Shown one piece after another: positions 12,829-26,596 of a DNA stretch of 64,000 nt. Position numbers and translations under genes: made by a program. This DNA is from Octopus vulgaris (taxonomy: Eukaryota): positions 63,922,001 through 63,986,000 of the forward strand of contig OX597826.1 of NCBI GenBank assembly GCA_951406725.2, read 5' to 3'. Position 1 is the stretch's first letter, and each line of letters begins with the position of its first letter. Under the pieces are notes generated by a model, which did not search any database, was not told the origin of the DNA, and saw nothing but the letters and a program-made list of their open reading frames with translations.

Positions 12829-13460
12829 TAATAATAATAATAATAATAATGAAATTATTGTGTATAGTGTTCAGGAGTACTACAACTCATGAAAGGTGCA
12901 TGTGTATTACATAGAATTATGTACAAAAGTCAGGAAAGTAAACAGTGTACGAGTCATGATATACATGTGTGCATGCGTATGGAGGAGTGGGATATCAGGG
13001 GTAGTGTTGGCGAATTTCAAGAAGCCTGGAGGTTTTAAAGGATGCAATGTCTTGGCAACTAACAACTGATGCAGGTAGTTTGTTCCATGCTTCAGCAACT
13101 CTGAGTGTGAAAAAAGGTTTCCAAAAGTCATGGGAGCTGTGCTGTTTTCTGACTTTATAGGCATGCCCACATGTTAGACACATGGAGTTCAAAAAGATGC
13201 TCAAGGTAGTTGTTGGCACGATGGTTAATAATTTTGTGGGTGTTTACCAAGGCAGTTACCAGATGTTGGAGCTTCAATATATCTATTCCCAAGGAAGCAA
13301 GGTGTTCGGAGTATGGTAGATGCCTGCTGAAGGGTATTCACTTGGTTGCATGTCTCTGAACAGTTCCCAGGAGGTCAATGTCCTGAGCAAGAATAGGGGT
13401 TCCAGACTGGTGATGCAAATTCCAAGTGTGGCCAAACCATAGCCATATGTGTTAAAATTC
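12829..13460 (-). mobile_element. CR1/L2-group LINE 3' fragment with (TTA)n tail
   Basis: PHLEFASPVWNPY motif typical of the CR1-type RT C-terminus; FFTLRVAEAWNKLP further 3'; tail reads (AAT)n on +. Confidence 0.8.
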
Positions 13461-15933
13461 TTGGAAAAGTAACCTGCAACAACATTAATCTTACTTTTCC
13501 TGCATATCTCTTGAGGTTTATTAAAAGATCATTAGAATCTTCCTGAATTGAGAAATGTATAACAGATTTCAAAACTCACTAAGCATTTTAGTGAGAAAGA
13601 TATATACACACATACGTATGAGATGGGATTCTTTCTGTTTCCATCTACCAAATCCCCTCACCAGGCTTTTGTATATTTTAATAATGTACATAATCAGACT
13701 GCCTCTACTGTAAGGGAGTACATCTTGTCTGATTTGAGTAAAATTTGGAAAATTGGGAGATCTTTGTTCATTGGTAAGTAAATGTTATGTGCTGTGATAA
13801 AATCTTTCATAATTCATAAAGGTGTTTTTCTCACTAAAATGCTTAGCGAGTTTTGAAATTGATATACAAAAATAGAGTGGACAATGTAGAGAGTACAGTG
13901 TGTCCAGATTATCATACTGCACTCCATATGATTTATGTATACACAGGTATGATAAAACTGGGAAGACAGATCTGTGGACTATCAATCGTTATGTGGCTGA
14001 CAAGTTGTGTGTCAAAAGACAGCTAAATCAGGACTGACCTAGAGCTGCCCAACAACACACTAAAATAGTCCCAATATTGGTGGTCATATTAAGCTTTAAT
14101 TTTATGCTGACCAGCAAACCTATGAATGAATAGCACAAATCACTCTGCTTATTATCATTGAGCCATAGTAGATCCTTCAGTCATGTATAGAAAACAGGAA
14201 ATCAAAACCGATGTAACAAGTCCTGATTATTACACTGCATCTCCACTCACCCAAACCATCACATGATGGAATGTACAATGTGAATGCAGCCTCTCAGAGA
14301 TGCATTATCTATGGGCTGCTGCTTCCCAATGTTCAATTAGATGCCTGCATAATATAAATCTCCTAAAACAGAACTGGCGAAGAGTTACTAAATGATAACA
14401 GCAGCAATAAAGAAGGAAGCCAAATTTGATTTCATTACATTCAAAAAGATTTCTTTATAATACACATTATATAAAATAGGGAAAACAGCAGAGATATGTG
14501 TTATGTTTTTAAACAACAAAAACAGAAAATTATGAATAGAAACAAATATATAAAATAGAACCAGTAAGGATAATCACAATTCTGATTTTTAATTTTACTA
14601 TATTCTACCATTCTGAAGATAATATAATGGTGTTTCCTATAACTGACTCTAATCCAATTCAAAGATACACACCTTACTTAGCTTGAAAGTTAAATTTAGA
14701 AAATAGCATGTTTTTTAATGAACATTTTGCAGAAGTCAGACTCATATGCGTTATTCAACACATACTGGTAGATTTGAACATCAGATTATCGTTATTTAGA
14801 GAAACAAAGGCAGTGAGGTGCCAGAATATTTTAAAGTGTTGGAAAAAAATGTATTGTGGTATTTGTGCCATCTTTTTATATTCTGAGTTCAAATCCTCAA
14901 AAAGATGACTGCCTTTTATCCCCCCAGGATTGATAAAGTAGTGGTCAAGTATTGGAGTCAATTGTATCAACTATCTCCCTCCTTTCAAAATTGCTGACCT
15001 TTTGCCTTAATTAGAAACCCTTATTTAGAGAAATATATGGGGGTTTTTTTTATTCTAAGAAGAATGCAACCAGATTCAAAGCTGACATTTTTTCAATGAA
15101 AGCCAAACTGAATATATACTTTATATCAGCTTATTAACAATTTTTCATTGCTAAAAATTGGGTCTTTGAATTCATCTATGTCACATTTATGCCAATAGAA
15201 TCTATCAATTCACTCTCCCACTGATTCTAGTTTGACTAAAGTAAGGCTTCATAGGGTTAAAATAAGCTTTTATTCTTCTGGGAAAATACACCAAACAGTG
15301 GAGAGGATAAAAACTCAACCACATGAACGAAATTATTTATCTAGAATATTACCATCATCATTTAAAGTTTGCTTTCTACACACACACACACACACACAGT
15401 TTGGTCAAACAGATTGTATTTTCCCCACATCTTTAATTCTATGTGTATTAACCAAATTTAATTTGATCAAAAATATTTTTTTTCTGTAATTATGAGGAAA
15501 TTTACAAATCTATTTTGAAAGCTTTATTTGACATTTCTTACCAACCATTTAAATATTTCTCAATTTTTATACAGTAGTCACTTCTTATGAATTAAGCTAA
15601 ACTTAGGATTGCTGTCTCTGGACAAGGTATCTATAATACATTCAAAATACTTGATTTAATAAAAATTATGTTACCCATCCATCAATTGTAAACTGCCAGT
15701 AACAGTAACAATAAAAAATACATTAAAATCTCAAGGCAATAATAATTAAAGTGACTTATTTTAGAAACCTGATAGCTACATAAACTAAATGTAACCCCTA
15801 TTGAAGATTACAATAAATACAAAATTTTAAACCTGAAACAGAAAATTCCCACAAGCAACTGAATTGAAATTCAATTGTATTTCTGAATTAAAGAATAACA
15901 AAATTCTTCTGAAATTCCAAACTTAATTTACAA

Positions 15934-15964
<31 letters not shown>

Positions 15965-17594
15965 AAAAAGGCCAGAGCAGTTCAATGTAAAAAAAAAAAA
16001 ATGATATTCAATGATAACAGAAATAGTTTCGTTCCTTCTGATGCAATTTATCAGGAAAATAAGCAAATGATAACAAACTTTATCATTACTGAATATGTTC
16101 AAATTGTTTGTTTTACATATTGATTTCTCTTCTAACAACTGTGTGTGTTTTTGCTTCTGCTTTTTTGTTTGCTTGTCTCGAAATAAGGATGCTTGTAGGA
16201 TTTACTGAGAAAGAAAATTGATTAACGCCAGTTCTTTGATTCTGTGAAATTGAAAACCAAGATAAAAGGGAACAGAACAGGGAGCTACATCTATTCAATT
16301 TGATATCCTTCGAAAACAACATCAATATTAAGGATCTTCAGAAGAAGTAAAATCTATAAAGCTTCAATTTGTTATACATGGTGAATTCCATAAAATAAGG
16401 TTTGCACTGATCAAATAAAGAAACTGGCATAGAAGGGAAAATATAAATCCTATTTTAATTAAGTATAGATTATTTATAAGAATCTGTGGACTACTTCACA
16501 TACTACCTCTTCCTCTATTTCACCTTTAGACATTACATATTCAGCAAACTGAATTAAATTAACTTTCATTCAGACAATCATAAATGTTTTATTAATAGAT
16601 GAATGATATTAAGAATACTATAGAGGAGACACAGTGTAATATAAGATTAACTGTAAAGTATTCACATTTAGTTGAAGATATAGAAGTCCTTAAAAAAAGG
16701 AAATTTATTAATAATTTATTTTTTGCAAGCGTTTTCTAAACTCGCATTATAAAACACTTTCAGCGTATTGGTGCCCTGCTTTTAGCATATAAATCAATTT
16801 AGAGAAATATTCTTTCTGATACAGCCATCCTCACCTCCATTCAAAGGAGGATTTGAATTCAAAGCTGATAGCTAACAAAACACATTAAGTATACCTTGCC
16901 TACAATGGAAAAAAGTACTTCATGGTATCTGATCACAAGCTAAAGCAACTAAGTAATTTCAAGTGTCTTGGCCAGATTGAGAAGTACTGATCCTTTGGTT
17001 TGACTAAAAAAAAACAGCATTCTTTTTACAGCATTGTAAAGTAACTTGAATAAAAATACAGAGAAAAACTTGCAGAAATGCTGGAAAAAAATAGCATAGA
17101 AATTAGTATAAATTTTAATAGGAGTTTTACAGCTTTTAACTACTTTTGAGGATGTATTATAGTTACTTTTGCATATAAGAAAATGTGTATAATATATAAA
17201 TAAATGTATTTATTCAAGTATAATACACACTTTTTTTTTACCAGATTTTTAAACTTTAAAATTAGAAGGTGTGCTTTATACACAAGAACTAATTTGGTGC
17301 AAAAGTAATTGATTTTGTGATGTGTATGCATATATAACAGAAACTGCAATTATTTTAGCTTTAGCCTATGGAGCATATGATTTAGGAGTGAGAGGCTTAA
17401 GATTTCTTTGTCCAGAAATAGAGGTGTGCATTAAACATGAATGCATATTACACATGAATAAATAAAGTATGCTAATTTTTTGTCATCGTAGTAGGACATA
17501 TAGATGTTGCACACACAAACGGTAGGAACATTTTTTACCCCTTTACTTATATTACTCCTTGAGACTATTTAAAATACATACCGTCTACTATCTA

Positions 17595-18273
17595 TCTATC
17601 TATCTATATCACTATCTATCTATATCATATTAAAAATGAACTTCAATTTTGCTTGCTTGCAATGTTACACAGCCAAACTGGTGCATAATGGGAAAATACT
17701 ATGAATTAAGGTCCCCTTGAAATGTGAATACAAGCAGAATAAAACAAGTTTGCATAAATCGGACAACTGGTTCTTGAGATATTGGGAGTTTTGGGGGTAT
17801 AAATACACACAACTTAACCCTGAAAGGGAAGAAACTCTAACCTTTCGATTAGACAGATTATAATGGGCAAAAGTATTAATGACTAACTTGCCAATGAAAA
17901 AATACGAGTTGTTTTTTTACAGTAAATGTTTCTATTTTCATTTTTGTTAAGCACAATATTTTAATCATTTAGAAATATTTTTAAATGAATGTGATTTCAA
18001 AAATGTAAGTTGTTTGTACAGTTAGTATTTATATTTTATCTTTTTTTAAACAGACAATATCTTAATCCTTTTAAAAATTATTTTCAAGTGAATATTTTCA
18101 AGTATCTTTATAAATAGCCAATCCAGCATATAATGGGGAAAATGCTTTGAAAGTAAGGTACCATAGAAATGTGAATACACATGGAATAACAGAAATTTTG
18201 CATAAATCCGACCACAAATTCCCGAGATACACAGTTGAACTATTGGTGTCCCAATGGGTCATGGGTAATCTAG
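17595..18273 (+). mobile_element. Helitron-like non-autonomous element
   Basis: TCTAT... start after an (ATCT)n run; ends CCCAATGGGTCATGGG-TAAT-CTAG|T (hairpin + CTAG); internal duplicated block. Confidence 0.5.
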
Positions 18274-19189
18274 TAATACATAATATTGTAAACTAGATAC
18301 TTTAATGCCTTAGTGTGTTCAGTATTATATTTTACGTTTGTCTTCTTAGCACACAAGCACATTCCCAAGTGGCTTCTACTAATAACAAAGCTCTGTCCTC
18401 TAGTTTTATTATAATAAGAAAAAACAATGTACCATCCACTTTAAGTGATGACCTAATATCATCTACCCACACAGAAACTAAAGCGTTATTCCAAACATTA
18501 TGGAAAAGTGTGTTATCTGGCAGTCCTTGATAACTTAGAAACTCAAGGTCCTGAATTCCACCTACTGAGATAAAACAAGTACAGAAAGAAAAAACTTGAC
18601 TGCATTTATCAAAAAAAAAAAAAAAAAAAAATGAAAGCTGAGAAAATTGAACTTACACTCTTTCTAAGAAATTAATAAATAATACACTTCTTAGAAATTC
18701 ACTCTTAGGTGGTGTTTCAATGGACTTTGTAACAGCATTTATGTAAAAAGTATAAACAGCATTTTATGTAACTTTTACAGAAACTTACATTTACTTGAAT
18801 CTGAAATATTATTTCTTTTAAATGAGCTTTCATTACAGATTCATTATAATCCCAAAGAAGACATCCGTAAGTTGAAATGATTTCTTTCTCTTTTATATCA
18901 TTATCTTTCAGACAATATATTTGACTTAAAATGCTGTCTAATGGCATAAATTTTCCCAAATGTGTGTTTAAAATACTGTAAATCAGGGTCTACCAGGGGA
19001 ATCAATGAGTCTTCTATTCACAAAAACAAACTGAAATTAGTGAAAGAAAGCAAAAAACCTTGATGAACTGTAAATATATCTTTAACATAGAATGATTTGA
19101 AAGGTCTACTTTCAAACAAATAAATCTGGGAGACTTATAAAGTATGAGAAAATTCAGCTGTGCACTAATAAGTAGAGGAATCCTATAAA

Positions 19190-19410
19190 TTGATTTCAAA
19201 TTTTGGCACAAGGCCAGTAATTTTGGGGAAGGGGGTAAGTCCAATTACATCGAACCCAGGGGTTCAAACGGTGCTTATAATATTGACCCAGAAGGGATGA
19301 AAGGCAAAGTCAACCTCAGCAGAATTTAAACTCAAAACGTAAAGATGGATGAAACGCCACTAAGCATTTTGCTCAACATACCAATGATTCTGCTAGCTCA
19401 CCACCTTAAG
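19190..19410 (-). mobile_element. SINE family S3
   Basis: Reverse complement of the AAGGTGGTGAGCTAGCAGAATC...GAGTTTAAATTC...CTTTGCCTTTCATCC unit also at 63272-63710; second copy at 19580-19775. Confidence 0.7.
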
Positions 19411-19849
19411 AATCCTTTTTATTGCCATTATGTTAACACATTTCTAAAATTTTTTGTCTCAGTATCACAAAAGTAACAAAACCTTCCTCCTTCCTTTTGA
19501 ACTCTTATCAAAAGAGTAAAACAGATACATACAGCCAAAACCATACAAATCCATAAATCTGATAGAAGCAAAGGAATTAATACTGGTTTCAAATTTTGGT
19601 AGAAAGCCAGCAGGTTTGGGGAAGGGGCTAAGTCAATTACATCGGCCATAGTGTTCAACTGGTACTTATTTTATCAACCCTGAAAGGATGAAAGGAAGAA
19701 AGTTGACCTTGGCAGAATTTGAGCTCAGAACATAAAGAAGTACAAAATGCCACTAAGCATTTTACCTGGTGTGACAAAGGAATTAATACTAAGTATTTAA
19801 TAACACAGCAATGTGATTGGTTATGTATTAAAATTAGTGCCTTCTTTGT

Positions 19850-20305
19850 TTAACCCTTCAGTATTCAGATTTCTCTGTTAAATGCAATGCTTATTTATTT
19901 ATTTACATTGTTTTGAATTAACCCTTTTGTTACTGTATTTATTTTGAGATGCTCTGTGTTTCTTTCAATTACTTTAAATATAACTAAGAATTTAGTAAAA
20001 TAACTTAGTTATCATTAAGCTAGTGTTAGGAATATAAATTGTGACTAAGGTTTGGTGGAAGATTTTAATTCAAAACATATGAAAACAAGACATTTGTACT
20101 CAGAGCCAGAGCCAGTTTCAGCCAAGTTGGTAATGAAAGGGTTAAATATGTATTATCTTGTAGAATTGAGACCACTATGATGTGATTGTTTAATCTTGAA
20201 GTGACATTGTACGGTTGATGTGAGAGGCAATATCTGGCCACTTTTTACCTAAAACAAGTGGAATATTTAGGGTGGATATGGCCAATTTATATGCTACAGG
20301 GTTAA
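19850..20305 (+). mobile_element. piggyBac-type MITE family A, interrupted by a family B MITE
   Basis: TTAA-CCCTTCAG...CTACAGGG-TTAA; the two halves match the intact copy at 52126. Confidence 0.8.
19918..20145 (+). mobile_element. piggyBac-type MITE family B (nested)
   Basis: TTAA-CCCTTTTGTTAC...GTAATGAAAGGG-TTAA; inverted relative at 27857-28077. Confidence 0.85.
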
Positions 20306-21400
20306 AACAAACTGGGGCTTTTTTTTTTTTTTTACATACTTTTGAGTGAGTCAAAAGATTGCGAAACACAGCCAGCAATGCTCTACAAAGTGAACAATGA
20401 AACAAGATAAACTATCATGAAATGCTAGAAGTCTTGGTGAAATGCATAAATGTATTAAGAGAGAGCAAATGCAGGAAAGTCCGACTTAAATGGCAGAATA
20501 TTGACACAGCCAGCTGTATACTCAGAATTTTTAATTATCAATAATAATTAACAATGCTAACAAATAGTTTCAATGGTTACGTCAATTAAGACCAAATTGA
20601 AAAGATACTTCAGATTCTATTGATGCTATGATAAAAAAAATTAAATGCATCATTTATAAGGTTAATTAAAGCCTATGTTTTCGAAACTTTCTGCAATTAG
20701 CATGAATTCATAAAAGCTAACGAGATGAAACAAAATTGAAATGAATGAAAATGAATATTTATTTTTCTAGGAAGATGACCTGATTTTAAACATTGTATAT
20801 TTTTATATTATTATTTGATAAGTTCTACTTATTTTATATTTTTTTCAAGTGTATTTCATTAACACTGAAGTGGTGAGGTTTTACTGTTTTAAACAGTATA
20901 ACAGTCTTCATCAAAACACACACAGATACACAGTACAAATGTCACAACAACAATATACAACGTTCTGGTTACTGTCAAATCATGTAAAAGTTGATGCATG
21001 TCACTTAAGAAATTATTATATAAAGAACACAGTAAAGTGACAAATGACACTTCAGTATAGATTGCAGGGCAATCGATTGTTTTGACGTAATGGATTTCAT
21101 CAACTACATACACCCATTAACCTGGAGCTGTCACAAATGTCACAGCTCAAGTTGCACATCTGCAAACTGACTTGTTGCACTTTTTACCTCCAGTCTGCTA
21201 CTGTGAGACCACAACAGTCATCATGAAGAAAATTCCATGTTACACTAAACATGACCTCATAATACAAACATAACCTCAAAGTCAATTTGCAGACAAGTGA
21301 TTCAAGGTGAGACAGCTTTAGATAAAGCTTACTCAGACCTGATGAGACATAAGCAGTTGAAATAGCCAACAGGCTATCGTTTTCCAGTTTTATATATACA

Positions 21401-21770
21401 CTAGCAGTATCGCCCGGCGTTGCTCGGGTTTTAAGGGAAATAACTATAAAGCATTTTTAGAGAGTTATAGCCAAAAAATGGAAAAAAAAATGATGTAAAT
21501 TTTTTTTTTAGTTAAAAAGGTCGAGTTGCGTCCCCTAGACAGTCTGTGGTTTGTGTTTCTGATTCTCGACCCCATGTCGAATTTATCGATTTTTTCAGAA
21601 CTGGGGGAACTTTTCAAAACTTTCGCTGCGTTAGTTTTGAATTATGACATTGGGCTATGTGTGTGTCAAGTTTCATCAGAATCGGTTGAAAGCCGTGGTC
21701 AGGGTGAGGGTACAACCTAACAGACACACAGAAACACACACAGACAAACTGCCATTTATATATAGAGAGA
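21401..21770 (-). mobile_element. non-autonomous Helitron
   Basis: Minus strand A|TCTCTCTATATATAAA...CCCGAGCAACGCCGGG hairpin-CGATACTG-CTAG|T; no TSD; near-identical to 41145-41527. Confidence 0.85.
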
Positions 21771-21775
21771 TATAT

Positions 21776-21947
21776 TTCCTTTTAGCATTTAAACAGGGCA
21801 TATCTGGCTCAAATATTCTACCTGTTTTATGGTGAAACTGGATAGATCCAGCTTTTCCCTCCTATTCTGCAATATAATTTTACAAACAAACAATCACATC
21901 ATTGAAAGCTTGAAGCTAAGAGATAATGCATGATTAATTCAAAACAA
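21776..21947 (-). mobile_element. partial piggyBac-type MITE family A
   Basis: Matches 46272-46445; truncated where the S1 SINE begins. Confidence 0.6.
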
Positions 21948-22282
21948 TCATCATCATCATCGTTTAACATCCGCTTTCCATGCTGGCATGGGTTGGATGG
22001 TTTGACTGAGGACTGGCAAGCCAGATGGCTGCACCAGGCTCCAATCTTGATCTGGCAGAGTTTCTACAGCTGGATGCCCTTCATAATACCAAGCACTCCA
22101 AGAGTGTAGTGGATGCTTTTACATACCACCGGCATGGGCGCCAGTCAAGCGGTACTGGCATTGACCTTGCTCGAATGTTTTTTCACATGCCACCGGCACA
22201 AGTGCCAGTAAGGCGACACTGGTAATGATCACACTCAAATGGTGCCTTTTACGTGCCATCGGCACGGAAGCCAGCTAGCCAC
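21948..22282 (-). mobile_element. SINE family S1
   Basis: (CAT)n + CGTTTAACATCCGCTTTCCATGCTGGCATGGG; colinear with 1631-1985. Confidence 0.8.
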
Positions 22283-23852
22283 TAAGTTTATATCAAGGCT
22301 ACTGAAATTCTATCTAAATTATTTAATTTCATAACAACAAAAAAAGAAAATATTTAAATTGGAGTAGTTATTTACAATTGTTTCGTAAACTTAAATCTGC
22401 TACTGATCACATTTTAATTATATACCCACAAGCTGTTTCCTTGTTAGAGGTGATATTTTTACTTTATATCAGTAGACAACATGTAGTTATATTGATGCAC
22501 AAACAGTACACTACTCACTAGACCCCATTGTGATGCATTAGATTAAATCTTTCTTCTTCAACACCATTACTTTAATCTGCATTGATTGTGTGTTACTTCA
22601 ACAACAAACCAACTGAAATCCAAGAGAATATTAATCCCTGAAACAGAACGAAACCAAAAATCCTTCTAAAAAGATTAGATGACCAGTTCTTAAATATTTT
22701 ATAGCATTCAGCTATGAATAAAAATAGATGTTATGCTATCATACAAAATAAAAGATTACAACATCAAAATAAAGTGCCGAGTACTATAGAATAGAGATAA
22801 CCTCTTTGTTTGTTGGATTCATGACCCAGTTTCAGTTCTACCCTTGAGCCATTTACTTCATTTTACTTATGCTACAAATAGTTATAATAAAAGCTTGAAT
22901 GTCACACAATTTTCATTTATAAATTTGAAGTACTGCGCCTATTGTAAAAACTTATAAGAAATTCAAAAAGAACTCCCACACAAAGTTTATATATAAAACT
23001 CAATCGCACAGTATATAAAATCTAGTGAGAAATTATACTATTCCAAATGCCAATATTTGTATCTAGTTTTTGATGATTCAGTTAAAAATTCAGTTCATGT
23101 GACTCAATAAATACAAAACCTTCATCGGTTAACATTCTTAATCTTTAGATAAATTATATATTTAACACCTACCATGTTCAATCTGCCATATTTACTGAAA
23201 TTATCTTTGAACAAAATAAATTAAAATTTTACACAAACACAAGCACACACACATTAACCAAATACCCAACGAACACTGTGAAAGTGAACATGCTTTACTG
23301 GTAAGCTACCAGATGTATACCATTTTTGATTTACATACTTTTCTCTTTCTACAACTTTTTCAATGCACCAATTAATTCCTGGTGAACAAAATCTACATTT
23401 CAGTTTTGATTTATAGTTACAAACATTTATATTTATGTCATAAATGCTCTTGATAAAAAGGATTCAACATCACAAATTACCATTTCCTCTGCTTTACAAA
23501 ATCTGAGATTTCATACATTTGTAAGACAATATTAGCATTGTTTATATATAGTTGTTCATATATATACAAAAAAATGCTACATTGCAGATTTATCCATCCA
23601 ACGCCAGCAACTTCACCAACATCATTGAAACTGAAGGAGAATAATAACAGAATAAGTTACAGTTCAAACCTGACAGGCTATTGTAAAATACTAATAATTG
23701 ATTAACAAAAAAGCAAGATGTAATGTAATAAATAAAGATGTAATAAATTTGTATTTGTTTCATTCTGTAGGCTCCTATGCGACCTTAGACCAATGCTTCT
23801 TTGTAACAATAATTCAGATTGAAGTAATTAAATAAATGAAGAAATGAATTAC

Positions 23853-24340
23853 CTTTTCTTTAAGATTCCCTGCTGTACAAAAGGAGTTTCATCAACTACC
23901 ACCGGAACAGAGTAGCTGAACTTCAATCTGGAAGCCATGTATGTCTTACTATTGCTTCTTTGAAATGATGATGAAGATGATTCTTCAGTTGGACTAGAAC
24001 TTGTGAAAACCTTGTCTTCATTTTCATCAGATGGTCCAGACAAATCATCTTCGAAAAGATTCAACTCATTTAAATTATGGTGTTGACTGTTACTCTCAGG
24101 TTTTGTTGGCTTGCTTCTCTTTTGCTTGCAGAACTTTTTCTTTGAGCTGCTTTTTGGCACAGATTGACAGAGCACAGCTTTGCTGTAATATTTCTTTTCA
24201 GAAAGACTTAAATCATTCCACTTTTCTCTTAGTTTCTGTTGTATCTGATCCAGCGTCAGAAAAGGATAAGCTGTTGTCAGTCGATTTTTATAATCATTAC
24301 AAAATACAGTAAAACTGGCAACCTTTTTAACTTTACTCAT
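23853..24340 (-). CDS. HMG-box gene, first coding exon (divergent HMG box MSKVKKVASFTVFCNDYK...LREKWNDLSLSEKKYY + acidic/Ser linker)
   Basis: TTTCAG acceptor at 24351, ATG at 24340, AAG|GTAATT donor at 23852; F..F...(P)...I...L...W..LS..EK..Y pattern is the HMG-box signature. Confidence 0.88.
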
Positions 24341-26163
24341 AATGGCTTTTCTGAAACGAGATACACATAAACATACATACATTTATTAATGTATAAGAGT
24401 GTGTGGATACATACACAGTACAGCAAATTTTGAATATAAAATAGAATATAATTTATTTTATAAATTTAATAAAGACATCTTATTATTGTATTCAAGGAAG
24501 AGAGGGTAATGGCCATAGCCTGAATAGGCATTTATTTGAGAACACACACAAAAAAACCTGAAACTAGTGAAGTAAAAAAATTTGATCTAAAGAATTGGAA
24601 GGGGGCACATGGAAAAGGATTCCTACAAGATAGGTGAACTTGAAGTGAAGTATTGCATATAGTATTTGGTGTAGAGTGTAGGGAGAGAAACACTGTATGG
24701 ATATCAGAAAAATGAAACCAGTTCTGAAGAGCATAAAATATTATTGTACTCTGAATCCAGTTCAAAAAGTACTTAATCTTTTCATTCTTGCTGCACTTGT
24801 CATTGGATCACCCCTTCTAGGAATAAATATTACTAATAATGGTTTGTGTTCAAAGATAAAACCATAAACTTTTTAAAATCAAAAAATATAAGTGTTGATG
24901 GATTTACTTCTCCAAATTAAGACCAATTTCTTAAAATATTTTAGAATTCTAAGCTCCATTCATGAATTTTTATGTGTTAGCTATGAATATTTTGCTTTTG
25001 ATACAATATTTGACATCATTGTTCTAAGGATTTTCAAGTTGCAGCATCAGATAACTTAGATCCAGACATTCCTATCTATTAAGTTGTTAAACCTACTTTT
25101 CATTTCTCTTTAACAATTTAGTATGATAGAAGGAACAGGTTAACAAGTTCAGGGACAGCTTTAATCATTGTAATTTTAAAAAAGTCAAAAAATACTTTCA
25201 GCTATGAAATGCTGACTTCAATTTTGGCTAAAATTTCTTTTTGCCTTATTTGGCAGTCTCTAAGCTTTAGGATAGGATCTACAAAATGAATCTAATCCCG
25301 GAAAATTTTATAGGTGAAGAAAAGAATTTCTTCATCCATAATCTTTATTGGTACATATCTAACATGTCTTCCAAATGTTTGAAATATTCAGTTGCAAAAA
25401 ATTTGTAGTGCCTTAAACTTTATAAGAGAAATCAGACATAATATATAAGAGACTGTACAGTTATGAGCATGTGATGTACATGAAAGATAAATGTTGAGTA
25501 AGGGAGGGTCAAGTGATCTAAGAGAAAGGAACCAACAAAAGAGGAAGACATGAGTAGAAGGGTTAAGGCTGAACCTCATGAAGGGGAGATGACAAACAAC
25601 CATAAAGTGTGAAATACTGTACTACAGAAGACCCACCAAACCCATGCAAGCATGGAAAAAAAATGAATGTAAAATTATAACACGTATTTCCTGTAATCAG
25701 CTGCTAAGTAAATTTATGAACAGTTTCAGTGACATAAAGCTGTATGACCCACTGCTGAAATCATGACTTTACTTATTCATGAATTCTTTTGTATTTTTAC
25801 TGTTTTCCAGATAACTACAGATACTAGGTACTCTATCGTACAATTATAATGAATCCTTTAAGCAGGGAGTGATTAAGAGGGATTTTTGATCCACCTCCAC
25901 GTTTTACAGACCCAAGACCCATGGATAATTTCCTTCCTTAGCTACTATTTTGCCAGATGTTCAATAATAGTTATCTGTAGTTTCTCCAGATGTTTTTTTT
26001 AGCAATCTTTTATGTATTATCCATTCTTATTGCACATGATATGTATGTAGTTTATATAGCAACCTTGAATGATCCATCTAAGACCATACCAGTATAGCCA
26101 CTGGTTTTAAATTCATTCAGGAAGGGTCAGCAAGCAATAGTAAATTTGTGAAATATGATCATA

Positions 26164-26596
26164 CTAGCAGCATAGCCCGGCGTTGCCCGGGTATGTAAGA
26201 GCCCCTAGTAGGCAACGACTAATCCCAATCTAGTCCTTTCCCTCTAGGGAACGAAGGCGCATGTGTAGGTTGCAATGTCTTCTCTTCACTCCCAAATAAC
26301 TATTAAACAGCTATCAATAATTCAACCCAACCAATTCCTACCAGGAAGAAATTACATTCGAGACTTTACCCCCAACACCGCCACTTCTGCTAATAGCTGC
26401 TGCAGCCGCAAGTTATTCGAATACTTTTTCAGAACTGGGGGAACTTTTCAAAATTTTCACTGCGTTAGTTTTGAATTATGACATTGGGCTATGTGTGTGT
26501 CAAGTTTCATCAGAATCGGTTGAAAGCCGTGGTCAGGGTGAGGGTACAACCTGACAGACACACAGACACACAAACTGCCGTTTATATATAGAGAGA
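26164..26596 (-). mobile_element. non-autonomous Helitron (chimeric)
   Basis: A|TC...CCCGGGCAACGCCGGG-CTATGCTG-CTAG|T; 5' half shared with 21401, 3' half different. Confidence 0.8.

Noticed and set aside
16113-16325. 70-aa intronic ORF as an extra exon of the HMG gene
   Set aside because: Weak splice signals, no recognisable protein character, and not needed for phase continuity
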